Below are positions 28,460 through 37,989 of a stretch of DNA of 64,000 bases, piece after piece. This DNA is from an uncultured Verrucomicrobiae bacterium (lineage in GTDB: Bacteria > Verrucomicrobiota > Verrucomicrobiia > Chthoniobacterales > JAATET01). Within the stretch, counting starts at the first letter, position 1. Each line of letters starts with the position of its first letter. Both the position numbers and the translations under genes were made by a program. The notes beneath the pieces are model-generated. The model saw only the letters and a program-made list of their open reading frames with translations, searched no databases and was not told the origin of the DNA. Where the stretch lies: assembly GCA_963761705.1 (NCBI GenBank), contig CAVXHK010000003.1, positions 577,455 to 641,454 on the forward strand, read 5' to 3'.

Positions 28460-28535
28460 AACAGAAGGTAACGAAGGGGCGAAAAGGCAACGAGACGTCA
28501 TCCGGATTCCTGCCTTTCCTTCGTTACCTTCTGTT
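28460..28535. repeat. REP-like palindromic element, copy C (probable bidirectional terminator)
   Basis: Perfect 18-bp inverted repeat AACAGAAGGTAACGAAGG (28460-28477) / CCTTCGTTACCTTCTGTT (28518-28535) with a 40-nt loop. It fills the convergent gap between the LytTR gene and the FAD-oxidoreductase gene, and the right arm overlaps that gene's stop codon. Confidence 0.7.
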
Positions 28536-29569
28536 TAAATCGCATCGATCGCGAGCCGACCGGCGGCTAGGGCGGTGCCGATGACGCGGAGGGCGGCTTG
28601 GGCTTCGTGGGTGGCGCTGAGGCAGCGACCGGCGGTAAGGAGCTTCGGGTTGCTTTCGGATCGGAGGGCGCGGGCGGGGATCTGACAGGGGCCGACGGGG
28701 TAGCGAAACTTTGGGCCGTGGATCGTCTCGCGGAGCTCGATGGGCCAGGTCGAGACCGCGACGGCGTCGGGGAACGTGGCGCCAGTGAGGATGTCGTCCG
28801 CGGTGAGTTGGTATTGGCCGTGGGCGAGGTGGCTCTCGCGGATGCCGAGCTGGATCGGGAGGGTCTTAATTTGAACGAATTCGAAGCTGGGGAGTGAGTG
28901 GAGCTCGCCAATGACTTCGTGGGCGACTTCCAGGGCGCGGTCAAAGTCTTCGTGCGGGAGGTCGATCGTGACGTAGGTCTCGCCGACGCTTTCGCGGAGG
29001 GCGGTGCCGGGGGCAACGTGGCGGAGGTGATTCGCGATCTGGAGACGAAGGTTCGGGGTGAGGGGGGGAGCGTCCGCGAGGGTGAAAATGATCGAGGGTC
29101 GCTGGAGGGTCTTCGCGAGGTCGGATGCGTCCGGGCTCAGAGCCGCGGCACCGGTCGTGTCGATCACGACGGATGCGGTCTCGAGAGTCGTGGAGTTGAG
29201 ACGGACGCTGAGGTTTTTCGTCTCACTGACGAGCGTGGCCGCGAGCTGGGCGAAGGCGGCGGGGTTGGTGGGAAGGACGTCGAGGCGGCCCAGCCGAAGG
29301 GGTGGCTCGGCGCCGCCGATGCGGAGGAGGCGTTCGGCGAATTCCCGGGGGAAGCCGTCGTGGGCGTATTCGAAGCCGGGTTTTTCGCGGATGTGGTAGA
29401 GGCCGCAGATGGTGTGGACGAGAGCGTTGGCGGCGTTGCCTCCGAGTTGGTGGGTGCGCTCGACGAGGGTCGTTCGCGCTCCGGCGCGGGCGGCGGTGGT
29501 GGCGGCGGCGATCCCGGCTGGGCCTCCGCCGACGACGAGGACGTCAGGCTGGTCGGGGGAGCGGTGCAC
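28535..29569 (-). CDS. FAD-dependent oxidoreductase (FAD_oxidored-like)
   Basis: VLVVGGGPAGIAAATTAARAGARTTLVE dinucleotide-binding N-terminus; 344 aa; last gene of operon 33152->28535. Confidence 0.7.
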   Translation of the reverse strand: MHRSPDQPDVLVVGGGPAGIAAATTAARAGARTTLVERTHQLGGNAANALVHTICGLYHIREKPGFEYAHDGFPREFAERLLRIGGAEPPLRLGRLDVLPTNPAAFAQLAATLVSETKNLSVRLNSTTLETASVVIDTTGAAALSPDASDLAKTLQRPSIIFTLADAPPLTPNLRLQIANHLRHVAPGTALRESVGETYVTIDLPHEDFDRALEVAHEVIGELHSLPSFEFVQIKTLPIQLGIRESHLAHGQYQLTADDILTGATFPDAVAVSTWPIELRETIHGPKFRYPVGPCQIPARALRSESNPKLLTAGRCLSATHEAQAALRVIGTALAAGRLAIDAI

Positions 29570-30893
29570 CGAGAAGGTCTTCGCAGGTGGTGAGGAGGAG
29601 TTTCTCCGCCTCGGTATCGGTGACGCTACCTTCGCGCCAGGTGGTGACGACGGTGAGGTGGCCCTGGTTTTCGTTGCAGAAGACGCCGGAGCCAGGGGGG
29701 TTGCAGAGGGAGGGGACGTGGTAGGCGTTGGTGACGCGCGCGCCGTGCAGCTCGGTGAGATTGGGCGCGAAGGGGCCCGTGTGAGAGTGGAAGAAGCTGG
29801 TGATCTCGCCGTTGAATTGCCAGCGGACCTGCCCCATGTAGGGCCGGGCGGGGAGTCGGCGCATGAGCTGCATCATGGCTCCGAAGGCGACTTCGAGCTT
29901 CTGCCGGGTCATGTCGGCGAATTGCTGGTGGGCGGATCTGGTGGCGTGTTCGAGGGTGCCGAGGGTGTCGCGTTCGAGGCCGAAGAACATGATGCTCATC
30001 CGATTCTGGAAGAAGTTCGCTTTCGCGCCCTTGCGGCGAACCTGGATCGGGATACTGACGACGTAGCGGTCGGGGTCCTGTCCGCGGTCGAGGAAGATGG
30101 CGCGGTGGGCGCGGGCGACGGCGGCGAGGAAATAAGCGAGGTTGAAGAGCGGGCCGGTGAGGGCGCGAGCGCGGGTGCGGATTGTCTCGGATTCGTCGGC
30201 GTTGAACGTCCGGTAGAGGGCGCGGATGCGACCGGGTCGGGCGGTGGGGCCGGCGAGAGACTGGAAACCGAGGCGCGAAAAGCGGTTGAGCCGATCCATG
30301 ATGAGGAAGGACTTCTTGAGGTGATCGAGCAGGGTTGGGAGCGGGTTCGCGTTGGGCGACGGAAGGTCGATGTCGGCGGCTGGTGCCGATGGGTCGGCGA
30401 GTTCCGTGGCGAAATACTCCGCGCCCTTGCCGTCGAAGAGGAGATGGGACCAGGAAAGGATGAGAACGGCGGTTGCATCGGTGCGGAGATAGAGGTCGAG
30501 ACGGAGATTCACCGTGCGATCGGGGCGGGGGGTATTGAGAAGCTCTTCCGCCCAGGTGTCGAACGGAGCGGCGGGGGTGAAGGGGCGGTCAGGGGGAGGC
30601 GAGGCGCTGCGGTCGTGCCAGAACTGAACGGGAAGAGGGTGATCGCCGGAAATGGGATGCCAGCGGGCCTCGGAGGTGAGGAGGCCTCGGTTGATGCGGG
30701 CGTGGAGAAGAGGATGGACCGCGGCGAGGCGCGTGGCGGCGGACTGGAGAGCGTCGAGGTCGGGGAGGCGGTCGAGTTCGATGCGGCTTTGGCTGACGAG
30801 TTCATCCTGGCCGGTGCGGCGCATCAGCTCGTTGACGGATAGGACGAAGGCGTCGGCTCCGGTGAGCGGGATGGTCTGTCGCGTGGCGGGCAT
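29544..30893 (-). CDS. stand-alone condensation-domain-like acyltransferase (HxxxDG)
   Basis: 449 aa, with SWSHLLFDGKG (HLLFDG at nt 30429-30446) at the position expected for the NRPS-C / WS-DGAT / PapA5-type catalytic HHxxxDG motif. Confidence 0.6.
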   Translation of the reverse strand: MPATRQTIPLTGADAFVLSVNELMRRTGQDELVSQSRIELDRLPDLDALQSAATRLAAVHPLLHARINRGLLTSEARWHPISGDHPLPVQFWHDRSASPPPDRPFTPAAPFDTWAEELLNTPRPDRTVNLRLDLYLRTDATAVLILSWSHLLFDGKGAEYFATELADPSAPAADIDLPSPNANPLPTLLDHLKKSFLIMDRLNRFSRLGFQSLAGPTARPGRIRALYRTFNADESETIRTRARALTGPLFNLAYFLAAVARAHRAIFLDRGQDPDRYVVSIPIQVRRKGAKANFFQNRMSIMFFGLERDTLGTLEHATRSAHQQFADMTRQKLEVAFGAMMQLMRRLPARPYMGQVRWQFNGEITSFFHSHTGPFAPNLTELHGARVTNAYHVPSLCNPPGSGVFCNENQGHLTVVTTWREGSVTDTEAEKLLLTTCEDLLGAPLPRPA

Positions 30894-30917
30894 CTCTTGT
30901 GCGGCTGAGGTGAGAAC

Positions 30918-31217
30918 TCAGAGTTTCTTCACTTCGTTCAAAGTGACAGGGGGGAGGTGCACCGCTTGGTATTGGAGGACGAGGGCGGTGATGGCTTTGA
31001 TGGTACCGAAATTTTCGGTGGTCATTTCTTCGGGAGGGATGGCGACGCCGAAGCCGTCTTCGATCATCACGAGGAGTTGCATGATGGCCATGGAATCGAG
31101 GCCTGCGGCGAAGAGGTCGGACTCGATGCTGAAATCGGGTGGTGTCTCGAGGAGGTTGTTGGCAATCATTTCGAGGAGCGCGGCTTCAATGGTTTCGGGT
31201 GTGAGATCAGACGGCAT
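30918..31217 (-). CDS. acyl carrier protein
   Basis: Start ATG 31217 (MPSDLTPETIEAALLEMI...), with a GLDSMAIMQL phosphopantetheine-attachment motif; ~99 aa. Confidence 0.8.
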   Translation of the reverse strand: MPSDLTPETIEAALLEMIANNLLETPPDFSIESDLFAAGLDSMAIMQLLVMIEDGFGVAIPPEEMTTENFGTIKAITALVLQYQAVHLPPVTLNEVKKL

Positions 31218-32100
31218 GTGCGGGTGTCGGTGAATGGATGGGATTGAGTCGAAGCGGGTGCTCGGCAAGGAGGCGGGCGGCGGTGGCGGCTCCGGTGTCG
31301 ACAAGGTGCCGGCGGTCGGAGTGATCGCCGAATTTCGGGCGACGGTAGATCGAGCGGTAGTGAACGAGACGTTTGCCTTTGGCCTCGGCGAGTTGAACGG
31401 TGAGGTCCTGGACGCGTTTGAGGATGATGCTGTGGGCGACGTTGATGCCGTCGGCGATGGTGAAATGGGTGCCGCGGTGGGCGAGTTCGGTGTGCTCGGG
31501 GTGATCGGCGGTGTGGATGATGATGGTGTCGATGGTCGGATCGTCGAGGAGGTGAGTCACCGGACTGCCGTTGGCGATGCCGCCGTCCCAGTAGAGCGAA
31601 TCGCCGACGCGCGCTCCGGCGAAGAGCCCGGGGACGGACCAACTGGCGGCGACGAAGTCCGCGATGGGGCCAGCGGTGATGATCTCCGACTGACCGTGCG
31701 TGAGGTTCGCAACGGCGAGGCTGAGCTCGGCGGTCTCGCAGTCCTCGATCCGGCGATCACCGATGACGTCTCGGAGCCGGGCGAGCGCGTGGCGACCGCT
31801 CAGGAGACCGGTGAAACCTCGGAGATTGACGAGCATGGGGAAGCCACGCAAGACGCAGAGCCAATCCCAGAATGAGAGGACCATTTTCGGGTCCATGATG
31901 ATCTCACGGATCCGGGCGGGGGGGAGGCCGGCGGCGTAAAGAGCGGCGACGTACGCGCCGGCGGAGGCTCCGGTGACGTGGGCGGGTGTGATGCCCGCGG
32001 CGACGAGCGTCTCGAGAAAGCCAATGTGGGCGAAGAAGCCGAGGAACGACGCGCTGAGACAGATGGCGATTCGGTCGTTGGAGGGAAGTGCGTTGGTCAC
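31207..32100 (-). CDS. patatin-like phospholipase
   Basis: GASAG (GxSxG) nucleophile elbow and a WDGG catalytic-Asp motif. GTG 32100 overlaps the upstream stop as GTGA. The track's ATG 32169 would overlap the upstream gene by 73 nt. Confidence 0.75.
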   Translation of the reverse strand: MTNALPSNDRIAICLSASFLGFFAHIGFLETLVAAGITPAHVTGASAGAYVAALYAAGLPPARIREIIMDPKMVLSFWDWLCVLRGFPMLVNLRGFTGLLSGRHALARLRDVIGDRRIEDCETAELSLAVANLTHGQSEIITAGPIADFVAASWSVPGLFAGARVGDSLYWDGGIANGSPVTHLLDDPTIDTIIIHTADHPEHTELAHRGTHFTIADGINVAHSIILKRVQDLTVQLAEAKGKRLVHYRSIYRRPKFGDHSDRRHLVDTGAATAARLLAEHPLRLNPIHSPTPAHAV

Positions 32101-33152
32101 TGATCGTTCGGTGATTTGCGATAGAAGGCGAAGACGAGACCGCCGACAAGGTTCCAGACGCTCCAACACGCGAATCCCCCGAGTGAGACGAGCACCGCGC
32201 TTTCCATGGGTATGTCAGCGAGGGCTTCGAGGAGGTATTCGAAGGATTTCTCCCGCACCCCGAGGCCGGCGACCGAGACAGGAAGGGAGATGAGCGCTTC
32301 GACGATGGGCATGACCGAAAGAAATGACGGGAGCGAGACCGGGACGGCGAGCGCGCGGGCGGCGGCGAAAAACGTGAAGTAATACGCAAAGATCGCGACG
32401 AACGAGACCGCGACGGCCGCGAGACTGGAGCGCCATTGGCGGCGCATCTGCGTGAACGCCGCGTGCATGTCGTCGGCAACTTTGCCGAGGCTGGCGGGGA
32501 TCGGGGCCCAGGACGGGATGGGAAATTTCGAGATGAGAACGCACAGCGCAATTCCGACGAGAGCGAACGAAATGTAGCCGATGACGAACCAAAACATGGT
32601 GGCCGTCACGGGGTTTGCCAGAAACAGGTCCGCGCGCGAGACGGTGAAAATGACGGTCGCTGCCAGGAGCGCTCCGAGGCCGCTCATGTGGTCCATGGCC
32701 AGACTCATGAACGCGGTCGTCTTACGGTCGGGGTATTCGCGGATCACGCAGACGGCTTTGGCGGCGTCGCCGCCCGTGGCTCCGATGAGGAAGAGATCGA
32801 AGAAACCTCCAATCAGGTAGATGGCGGTGAGGCGAATCCACGAGAGGCGGAGGTCGAGCATCTCCAGAAAAAAACGCCAACGGACGATCCCAGCGGCGAC
32901 TCCGATGCCCGCGCTGGCGATCGCGACGAGGGTCCACGAGTGATCGGCTTCGGCCAGAAGTGTGGTCATCGCTCCCTGGCGATCGAGATCGGAAAAAATC
33001 CACGCAAGCAGCCCGGCCGAGATGGCAATCTGGAAGAGCGAAATGACGACGCGGCGAACCCGGGATGGCGCCGGAGCATCCTCCGGCGGAGCGAGCGAAC
33101 CGGGTTTTCCGCTCGGTGTGGTCGGCGGGGAATCAGTTGGTGGACTCGTCAT
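32097..33152 (-). CDS. flippase-like / lysylphosphatidylglycerol-synthase TM-domain family (UPF0104) membrane protein
   Basis: About 8 TM helices; N-terminal region VVISLFQIAISAGLLAWIF and IGGFFDLFLIGATGGDAAK are typical of this family. First gene of the operon. Confidence 0.65.
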   Translation of the reverse strand: MTSPPTDSPPTTPSGKPGSLAPPEDAPAPSRVRRVVISLFQIAISAGLLAWIFSDLDRQGAMTTLLAEADHSWTLVAIASAGIGVAAGIVRWRFFLEMLDLRLSWIRLTAIYLIGGFFDLFLIGATGGDAAKAVCVIREYPDRKTTAFMSLAMDHMSGLGALLAATVIFTVSRADLFLANPVTATMFWFVIGYISFALVGIALCVLISKFPIPSWAPIPASLGKVADDMHAAFTQMRRQWRSSLAAVAVSFVAIFAYYFTFFAAARALAVPVSLPSFLSVMPIVEALISLPVSVAGLGVREKSFEYLLEALADIPMESAVLVSLGGFACWSVWNLVGGLVFAFYRKSPNDQ

Positions 33153-33234
33153 GGCTGCGATGATGGACAGGTGAAACGACGAGGCGACGAGGGGCGAGTG
33201 ATTTATTTCGATCGAGGCAACGTCACGTAACCGG

Positions 33235-33658
33235 TTGTATGATGGAAGGAGGCTTGCCGCGTTGGCCGTTTTTTGTTTATCCGCATCGTCTTGGTGGGCT
33301 GATAGCTGGGTCTATCAGATTCAGAATCCGAACCCGCGGACGCTGGCGAGAGCTGGGTTCGACGCCGCGGTCATGGATGACTCGAAGGACGGAACGGCGA
33401 AGACGCGGTTCAAACGGTCGGCGATCCGCAAGTTGCAGCGGAGAGGCGTCGATGCTTTGGCGTCTTTCTCGATTGGGGAAGCGGGTGTTGTGCGTGGATT
33501 ACGTCGACAACGGGAAGCGAGGGGACGCGAAGAACAACGCGCGCATCGCGGACTTCCTGGCGAAATGCGGACGGTTTCGGTTCGAGCCCTACGTTGCGAA
33601 CGCGGATCGTGAGCTGGATTCGATCAATCGAATTCCCGGGCTCCAGCCGGCTGAGTAG
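33235..33658 (+). pseudogene. decayed remnant of a GH114/TM1410-like glycoside hydrolase
   Basis: One frame gives WVYQIQ...FDAAVMDDSKDG...ALASFSIGEA, the family's N-terminal blocks. The next frame gives VLCVDYVDN...FEPYVANADREL. Total length is about half a normal gene, which implies an internal deletion plus a frameshift. Confidence 0.4.
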
Positions 33659-33786
33659 CGATCTGGATCAAGACCAGTTCGGTGGTCGAGTCGTCGTGCG
33701 CGGACGTCCGACGTGGCAGTGAAGGGAGCGTGAGATCGTGTTGCCGAACCAGCGGCTGACGATGAAGAGGAGGCGGGGAATTTGAT

Positions 33787-34836
33787 TCATCGGAGAGCAG
33801 ATGTGCGCTGATCCGCCGGTGGGATCGGGTGGAAGATCGAGGTCTTGGCTCCGGGGAGGTTGGAGTCAGTCGCGTTGAGTTTCTGGAGGTGCGCCAGCAG
33901 AGCGGTGACCTCCGCCGCGGGAGCGAGGGTGAGGAGATGGCAATCGGCGCGGCGGTTGAGAATGCGATTGAGGGTGGGCCAGATAAAGAGGGCGAGGAAG
34001 CACCAGGTCGTGATGATCGCCGGGCCGAGGAAGGCGGATTGGATCGGGAATGGGGCGGGAAAAAGTAGAGCGAGGGTCACGCCGACCAGAAGCCAGAGAG
34101 CGGCGATGGCGGTGACGAGGGGCCCGGCACCGGAGCGGATTAACCAGTTTTCGCGAGCGGCGAGGAGGGCGGTTTCGCGTGAGGTGAGGTGCTTGGCGAC
34201 GTTGGTCGCGAGGCAGAGTTGCCGGGGTGGGATCGGTCGGACGTAACCGTTGACGGTGGTGGTCTCGGCGTTGTCGAACCAGCGGATCGGGCGGGCGATT
34301 TGGTCGAGCGCGGTGAGCTCGACCGCGAGCTTCGTCTCGTAGGCGGCTTCGGGTGAGCCAGGTGGGGCTTCGTGGCCCGACGGAAGGCGGAAGAGGCCGG
34401 CAGCGATGAACAGGACAGCCAGGATCAAGAACGGGAACGCCAGTTCGGCGCTGGCCGCCAAGTAGAAAAACGTGAAGGCGACGAACAGGGCGGCGGCGGT
34501 GACGGCAGACGACCGGAGCCAGTCGGTGAGCCATTCGCGGAGAGGTTGGGTGGTACGTTCGAAAGCGGTCTCGGTGGCGTGGCCGGTGAGGATCTCGAAC
34601 GGGAGGTTGGCGAGCGGCCAAGCGAAGGCAATCAGCGCGAAGACGGCGACGATGGGGAACTGCTCCGGAATGAGCGGGGCCCAGCCGACGGCGGTGAGCG
34701 CGAGGATCCAGATCGCCCCAAGGTTGCCGCCGATGGAAGTGATGCCGCTCCAAAGCCGGACGCGTTGGTAGTGGGTGGGGTTCACGTGGGATGGATGGTT
34801 TGAGGTTCCGCCAGAGGATACGTTCGACGATTGCAA
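33787..34836 (-). CDS. hypothetical polytopic membrane protein
   Basis: 349-aa ORF with about 7 hydrophobic helices. I see no catalytic motif such as HExxH. The start (TTG 34836) is uncertain. Confidence 0.45.
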   Translation of the reverse strand: MQSSNVSSGGTSNHPSHVNPTHYQRVRLWSGITSIGGNLGAIWILALTAVGWAPLIPEQFPIVAVFALIAFAWPLANLPFEILTGHATETAFERTTQPLREWLTDWLRSSAVTAAALFVAFTFFYLAASAELAFPFLILAVLFIAAGLFRLPSGHEAPPGSPEAAYETKLAVELTALDQIARPIRWFDNAETTTVNGYVRPIPPRQLCLATNVAKHLTSRETALLAARENWLIRSGAGPLVTAIAALWLLVGVTLALLFPAPFPIQSAFLGPAIITTWCFLALFIWPTLNRILNRRADCHLLTLAPAAEVTALLAHLQKLNATDSNLPGAKTSIFHPIPPADQRTSALR

Positions 34837-34902
34837 ATCGCCGCTCCCGGAGGAGGAGCGAATTTCAGCGGCTGGACATCGCCGCTCTTTGCAGGGATTT
34901 GG

Positions 34903-36228
34903 TTAGGCGTCGCCGATGGCCTGGTCGAGGACTTCGAGGATGAAGTCGACGTCGTCCTGGTTGATGCACATCGGCGGCTTGATGCGGAGGACGTTGCCGT
35001 CGAGGCCGCCCTTGCCGACTAGCAGGCCGAGATCCTTGGCGCGTTCGAACACGCGGAGACAAAGGTCCTTGGCCGGGGTCTTGCTTTCGCGATCTTGGAC
35101 GAGCTCGACTCCGAGCATGAGGCCGAGCCCGCGGACTTGGCCGATGGCGGGGTGGCGGTCTTGGAGCTTACGAAGGCCTTCGAGGAGGCGGTTGCCCATC
35201 GCGAGAGCGTTGGCTTGGAGACCGTCTTCTTCGATGACTTCGAGGACGGCTTTGCCTTGGGCGCAGGCCATGGGATTGCCGCCGTAAGTGTTGAAGTGAA
35301 CGCGGGCGGAGATGGTCTTCGCGATTTCGGGGGTGGTGACGACGGCACCGAGCGGGAAGCCATTGCCGATGCCTTTGGCCATGGTGACGATGTCGGGGAT
35401 GACGCCCTGGGTCTCGAAGCCCCAGTAGTGGCTGCCGGTGCGGCCAAAGCCGGATTGGACTTCGTCGGCGACGCAGAGGCCGCCCGCGTCGCGGACGTGG
35501 CGGTAGGCCTCTTTGAGATAATTGTCGGGGAAGACGACGGCTCCGCCGACGCCCTGAATGGACTCGGCGATGAAGCCGGCGATGCGGCCAGAGGTGGCGA
35601 AGCGGATGGTCTCGCGGATGTCCTCGGCGTAGCGGGGGCCGGAGTCGGCGTCGGTCCAGCGGCCGCGGTAGAGGTCGGGGGCGATGGCGTGGTGGATGCC
35701 GAAGGAGTGCGGGACGTTGAACTTCCACGTGTGGTGGGAGGTGAGGCCCATTGTGGATTGCGAGCCGCCGTGATAACAGTTGCGGAGTGCCAGGAAGTCG
35801 AAACTCTCGGTGTAAGCGCGGGCCATGAGGAGCGCGAGGTCGTTGGCCTCGGAGCCGGAATTGGTGAAGTAGACGACCTTGAGATCGCCGGGGAGGGTGG
35901 CGGCGAGTTTGGCGGAATATTCCGAAATGTTTGGGTGCAGGTAGATCGTGGTGGTGTGCTGGAGGAGTTCGTTCTGGCGGTTGAGTGCCGCGACGACCTT
36001 GGGGTGGCAATGGCCGACGCTGACCGTGACAATGCCGCCGAACGCGTCGAGGAAACGGCGTCCCGTTTCGTCGTAGAGGTATTGCATCTTTCCCTCCACG
36101 ATCATGATCGGCTCTTTGTAAAAGAGGAAAATGCCGGGGTTGACGTGCTGCTCGCGCAGGGCGCGGACCTCGGCTTTGGTCGGGCCGGTGTAGGGGGCGG
36201 GCGGGTGGTCGAAGGCTGGAATCGGCAT
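34903..36228 (-). CDS. class-III (aspartate aminotransferase family) PLP aminotransferase
   Basis: Start ATG 36228, 5 nt after the upstream stop. Contains [23 protein letters not shown] and [12 protein letters not shown], which includes the PLP-binding Lys region. Confidence 0.85.
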   Translation of the reverse strand: MPIPAFDHPPAPYTGPTKAEVRALREQHVNPGIFLFYKEPIMIVEGKMQYLYDETGRRFLDAFGGIVTVSVGHCHPKVVAALNRQNELLQHTTTIYLHPNISEYSAKLAATLPGDLKVVYFTNSGSEANDLALLMARAYTESFDFLALRNCYHGGSQSTMGLTSHHTWKFNVPHSFGIHHAIAPDLYRGRWTDADSGPRYAEDIRETIRFATSGRIAGFIAESIQGVGGAVVFPDNYLKEAYRHVRDAGGLCVADEVQSGFGRTGSHYWGFETQGVIPDIVTMAKGIGNGFPLGAVVTTPEIAKTISARVHFNTYGGNPMACAQGKAVLEVIEEDGLQANALAMGNRLLEGLRKLQDRHPAIGQVRGLGLMLGVELVQDRESKTPAKDLCLRVFERAKDLGLLVGKGGLDGNVLRIKPPMCINQDDVDFILEVLDQAIGDA

Positions 36229-36232
36229 GGGA

Positions 36233-37675
36233 TTATTTACGTTTGGATGAAAAGGCGAGGTGCAGGGCGAAGGCGAAGGCAAAGCCGGAGAACCAACTGT
36301 AGGTGTAGAGGGACTGGAAGAAAGCGGGGACTTGATCGGGGGTGAGGGCGTTGATGGAAACGAGGAAACCGGGGACGTGGGGGAGGATGGCGAGGAAGAG
36401 GGCGGCGAGCGCGCGGAGGTTGAAGCCGCGGGTGAAGGAGTATACGCCGGTGGGATCGTAGAGGGCGTCGGAGTCGAGCTTCTGTTTTCGGACGATGAAG
36501 TAGTCGGCGATCATGATGCCGCCGATGGGTCCGAGGAGGGCGCTGTAGCCGATGAGCCAGGCGAAGATGGTGCCTTCTGCGACGAGCTTCCACGGAAAAA
36601 CGAGGATGCCGAGGGCACCGGTGATGAGGCCGCCGATCTTGAAGCTGACGTGGCGGGGCGCGAGGTTGCAGAAGTCGTTCGCTGGCGAGACGACGTTGGC
36701 GGCGATGTTGGTCGTGAGGGTCGCGATGACGAGGGCGATGAGGCCAGGGACGACGATCCACGGGCTGTCGAAGCGACCGAGGAGTGCGACCGGATCGGCG
36801 ACGGCTTCGCCAAAAACGACGACCGTCGCGCTGGTCGTGGCAATTCCGATGAAGGCGTAGAGCGCCATCGTGCCGGGCATGCCGATGGCCTGGCCGAGGA
36901 CTTGGTCACGCTGCGATACCGCGAAGCGGGAAAAGTCCGGGATGTTGAGCGAGAGGGTTGCCCAGTAGCCGACCATGGCGGTGAGGCCGGGGATGAAGAC
37001 GGGCCAGAACTCGCCGAACGTCGCGAAGTTCGAAGGCTGACTGAGCATCGGGCCAAAGCCGTCGGCGGCGACGTAGGCCCACGCGAGCAGCCCGAGGCCG
37101 ACGGCGAGGAGGAAGGGCGCACCCACGGCTTCGAGCCAGCGGATGGAGTCGATGCCGCGGACGACGACGGCCATGTTGATGGCCCAGAAGATCAGGAAGC
37201 AGAGGAATTGTCCGCCGGAGATGCCGAGGATGGGAAGTGGGACCGCGGCGGCGGTGTCGAAGCCCACAACGATGGCGGTCATTTGGTAAATTGCGGCGCC
37301 ACCGATCCACGTCTGGATGCCGAACCAACCGCAGGCGACGATGGCGCGCATGAGGGCGGGAATGTTTGATCCGAAAACGCCGAAGGAGGAACGGAGTAGG
37401 ACGGGAAACGGGATGCCGTAGGCGGTGCCGGCGCGGGCGTTCAGGGCAAGGGGAACGAGGACGATGAGGTTGCCCAGAAGAACGGTGAGCGTGGCCTGCC
37501 ACCAGTTCATCCCGGCGTCGATGAGGCCACCCGCGATCATGTAGGTCGGAATGCAGACCGCCATGCCAACCCACAGGGCGGCGATGTGCCATTTGTTCCA
37601 GGTGCGCTCGCTCAGCGGGACCGGGGCGAGATCAGGATTCCAGAGAGACGAGGCTGGCGGTGGCGGGGACGACAT
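36233..37675 (-). CDS. NCS1 family nucleobase/hydantoin-type cation symporter
   Basis: Start ATG 37675 (MSSPPPPASSLWNPDLAPVPLSERTWNKWHIAALW...), 12 TM-type profile. The track's extra 60 N-terminal residues are spurious. Confidence 0.8.
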   Translation of the reverse strand: MSSPPPPASSLWNPDLAPVPLSERTWNKWHIAALWVGMAVCIPTYMIAGGLIDAGMNWWQATLTVLLGNLIVLVPLALNARAGTAYGIPFPVLLRSSFGVFGSNIPALMRAIVACGWFGIQTWIGGAAIYQMTAIVVGFDTAAAVPLPILGISGGQFLCFLIFWAINMAVVVRGIDSIRWLEAVGAPFLLAVGLGLLAWAYVAADGFGPMLSQPSNFATFGEFWPVFIPGLTAMVGYWATLSLNIPDFSRFAVSQRDQVLGQAIGMPGTMALYAFIGIATTSATVVVFGEAVADPVALLGRFDSPWIVVPGLIALVIATLTTNIAANVVSPANDFCNLAPRHVSFKIGGLITGALGILVFPWKLVAEGTIFAWLIGYSALLGPIGGIMIADYFIVRKQKLDSDALYDPTGVYSFTRGFNLRALAALFLAILPHVPGFLVSINALTPDQVPAFFQSLYTYSWFSGFAFAFALHLAFSSKRK

Positions 37676-37989
37676 GTGACGACCGCACTGAAAGCAATTC
37701 CGGTGCCCAACGGGTCGGCGGCCGCGGCAAGGAGGGCGAAAATGGTGGGTCAGTTTCTCATTAAATGCGGGACCTGTCTCGGGCTGGTCGAGCGGCCTGA
37801 ACGATCCCCGGCTCGGCTGTTCGACAATTTTGTAGATTGGAGGCCTTTGATCCAATCGTCCGGGCCGGTGGGAATGTCGGGACGCGGACGGTTACCCGTC
37901 ACCGTTGTGGGGCGGCGAGCGACAAGCCCCGCGATCGCTTGCCGGTTTGCGGGTTGTTCAACGGGAGGGAAACGCCTTTTATTGGAGGG

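Noticed and set aside
37676-37989. Possible riboswitch (TPP, purine or similar) in the ~315-nt leader upstream of the NCS1 permease
   Set aside because: I looked for the TPP CUGAGA...ACCUGA core and for purine-type junction motifs on the minus strand and found no convincing match. The region also has to hold the divergent promoter of the S4-domain gene. It remains unannotated; a covariance-model scan would settle it.
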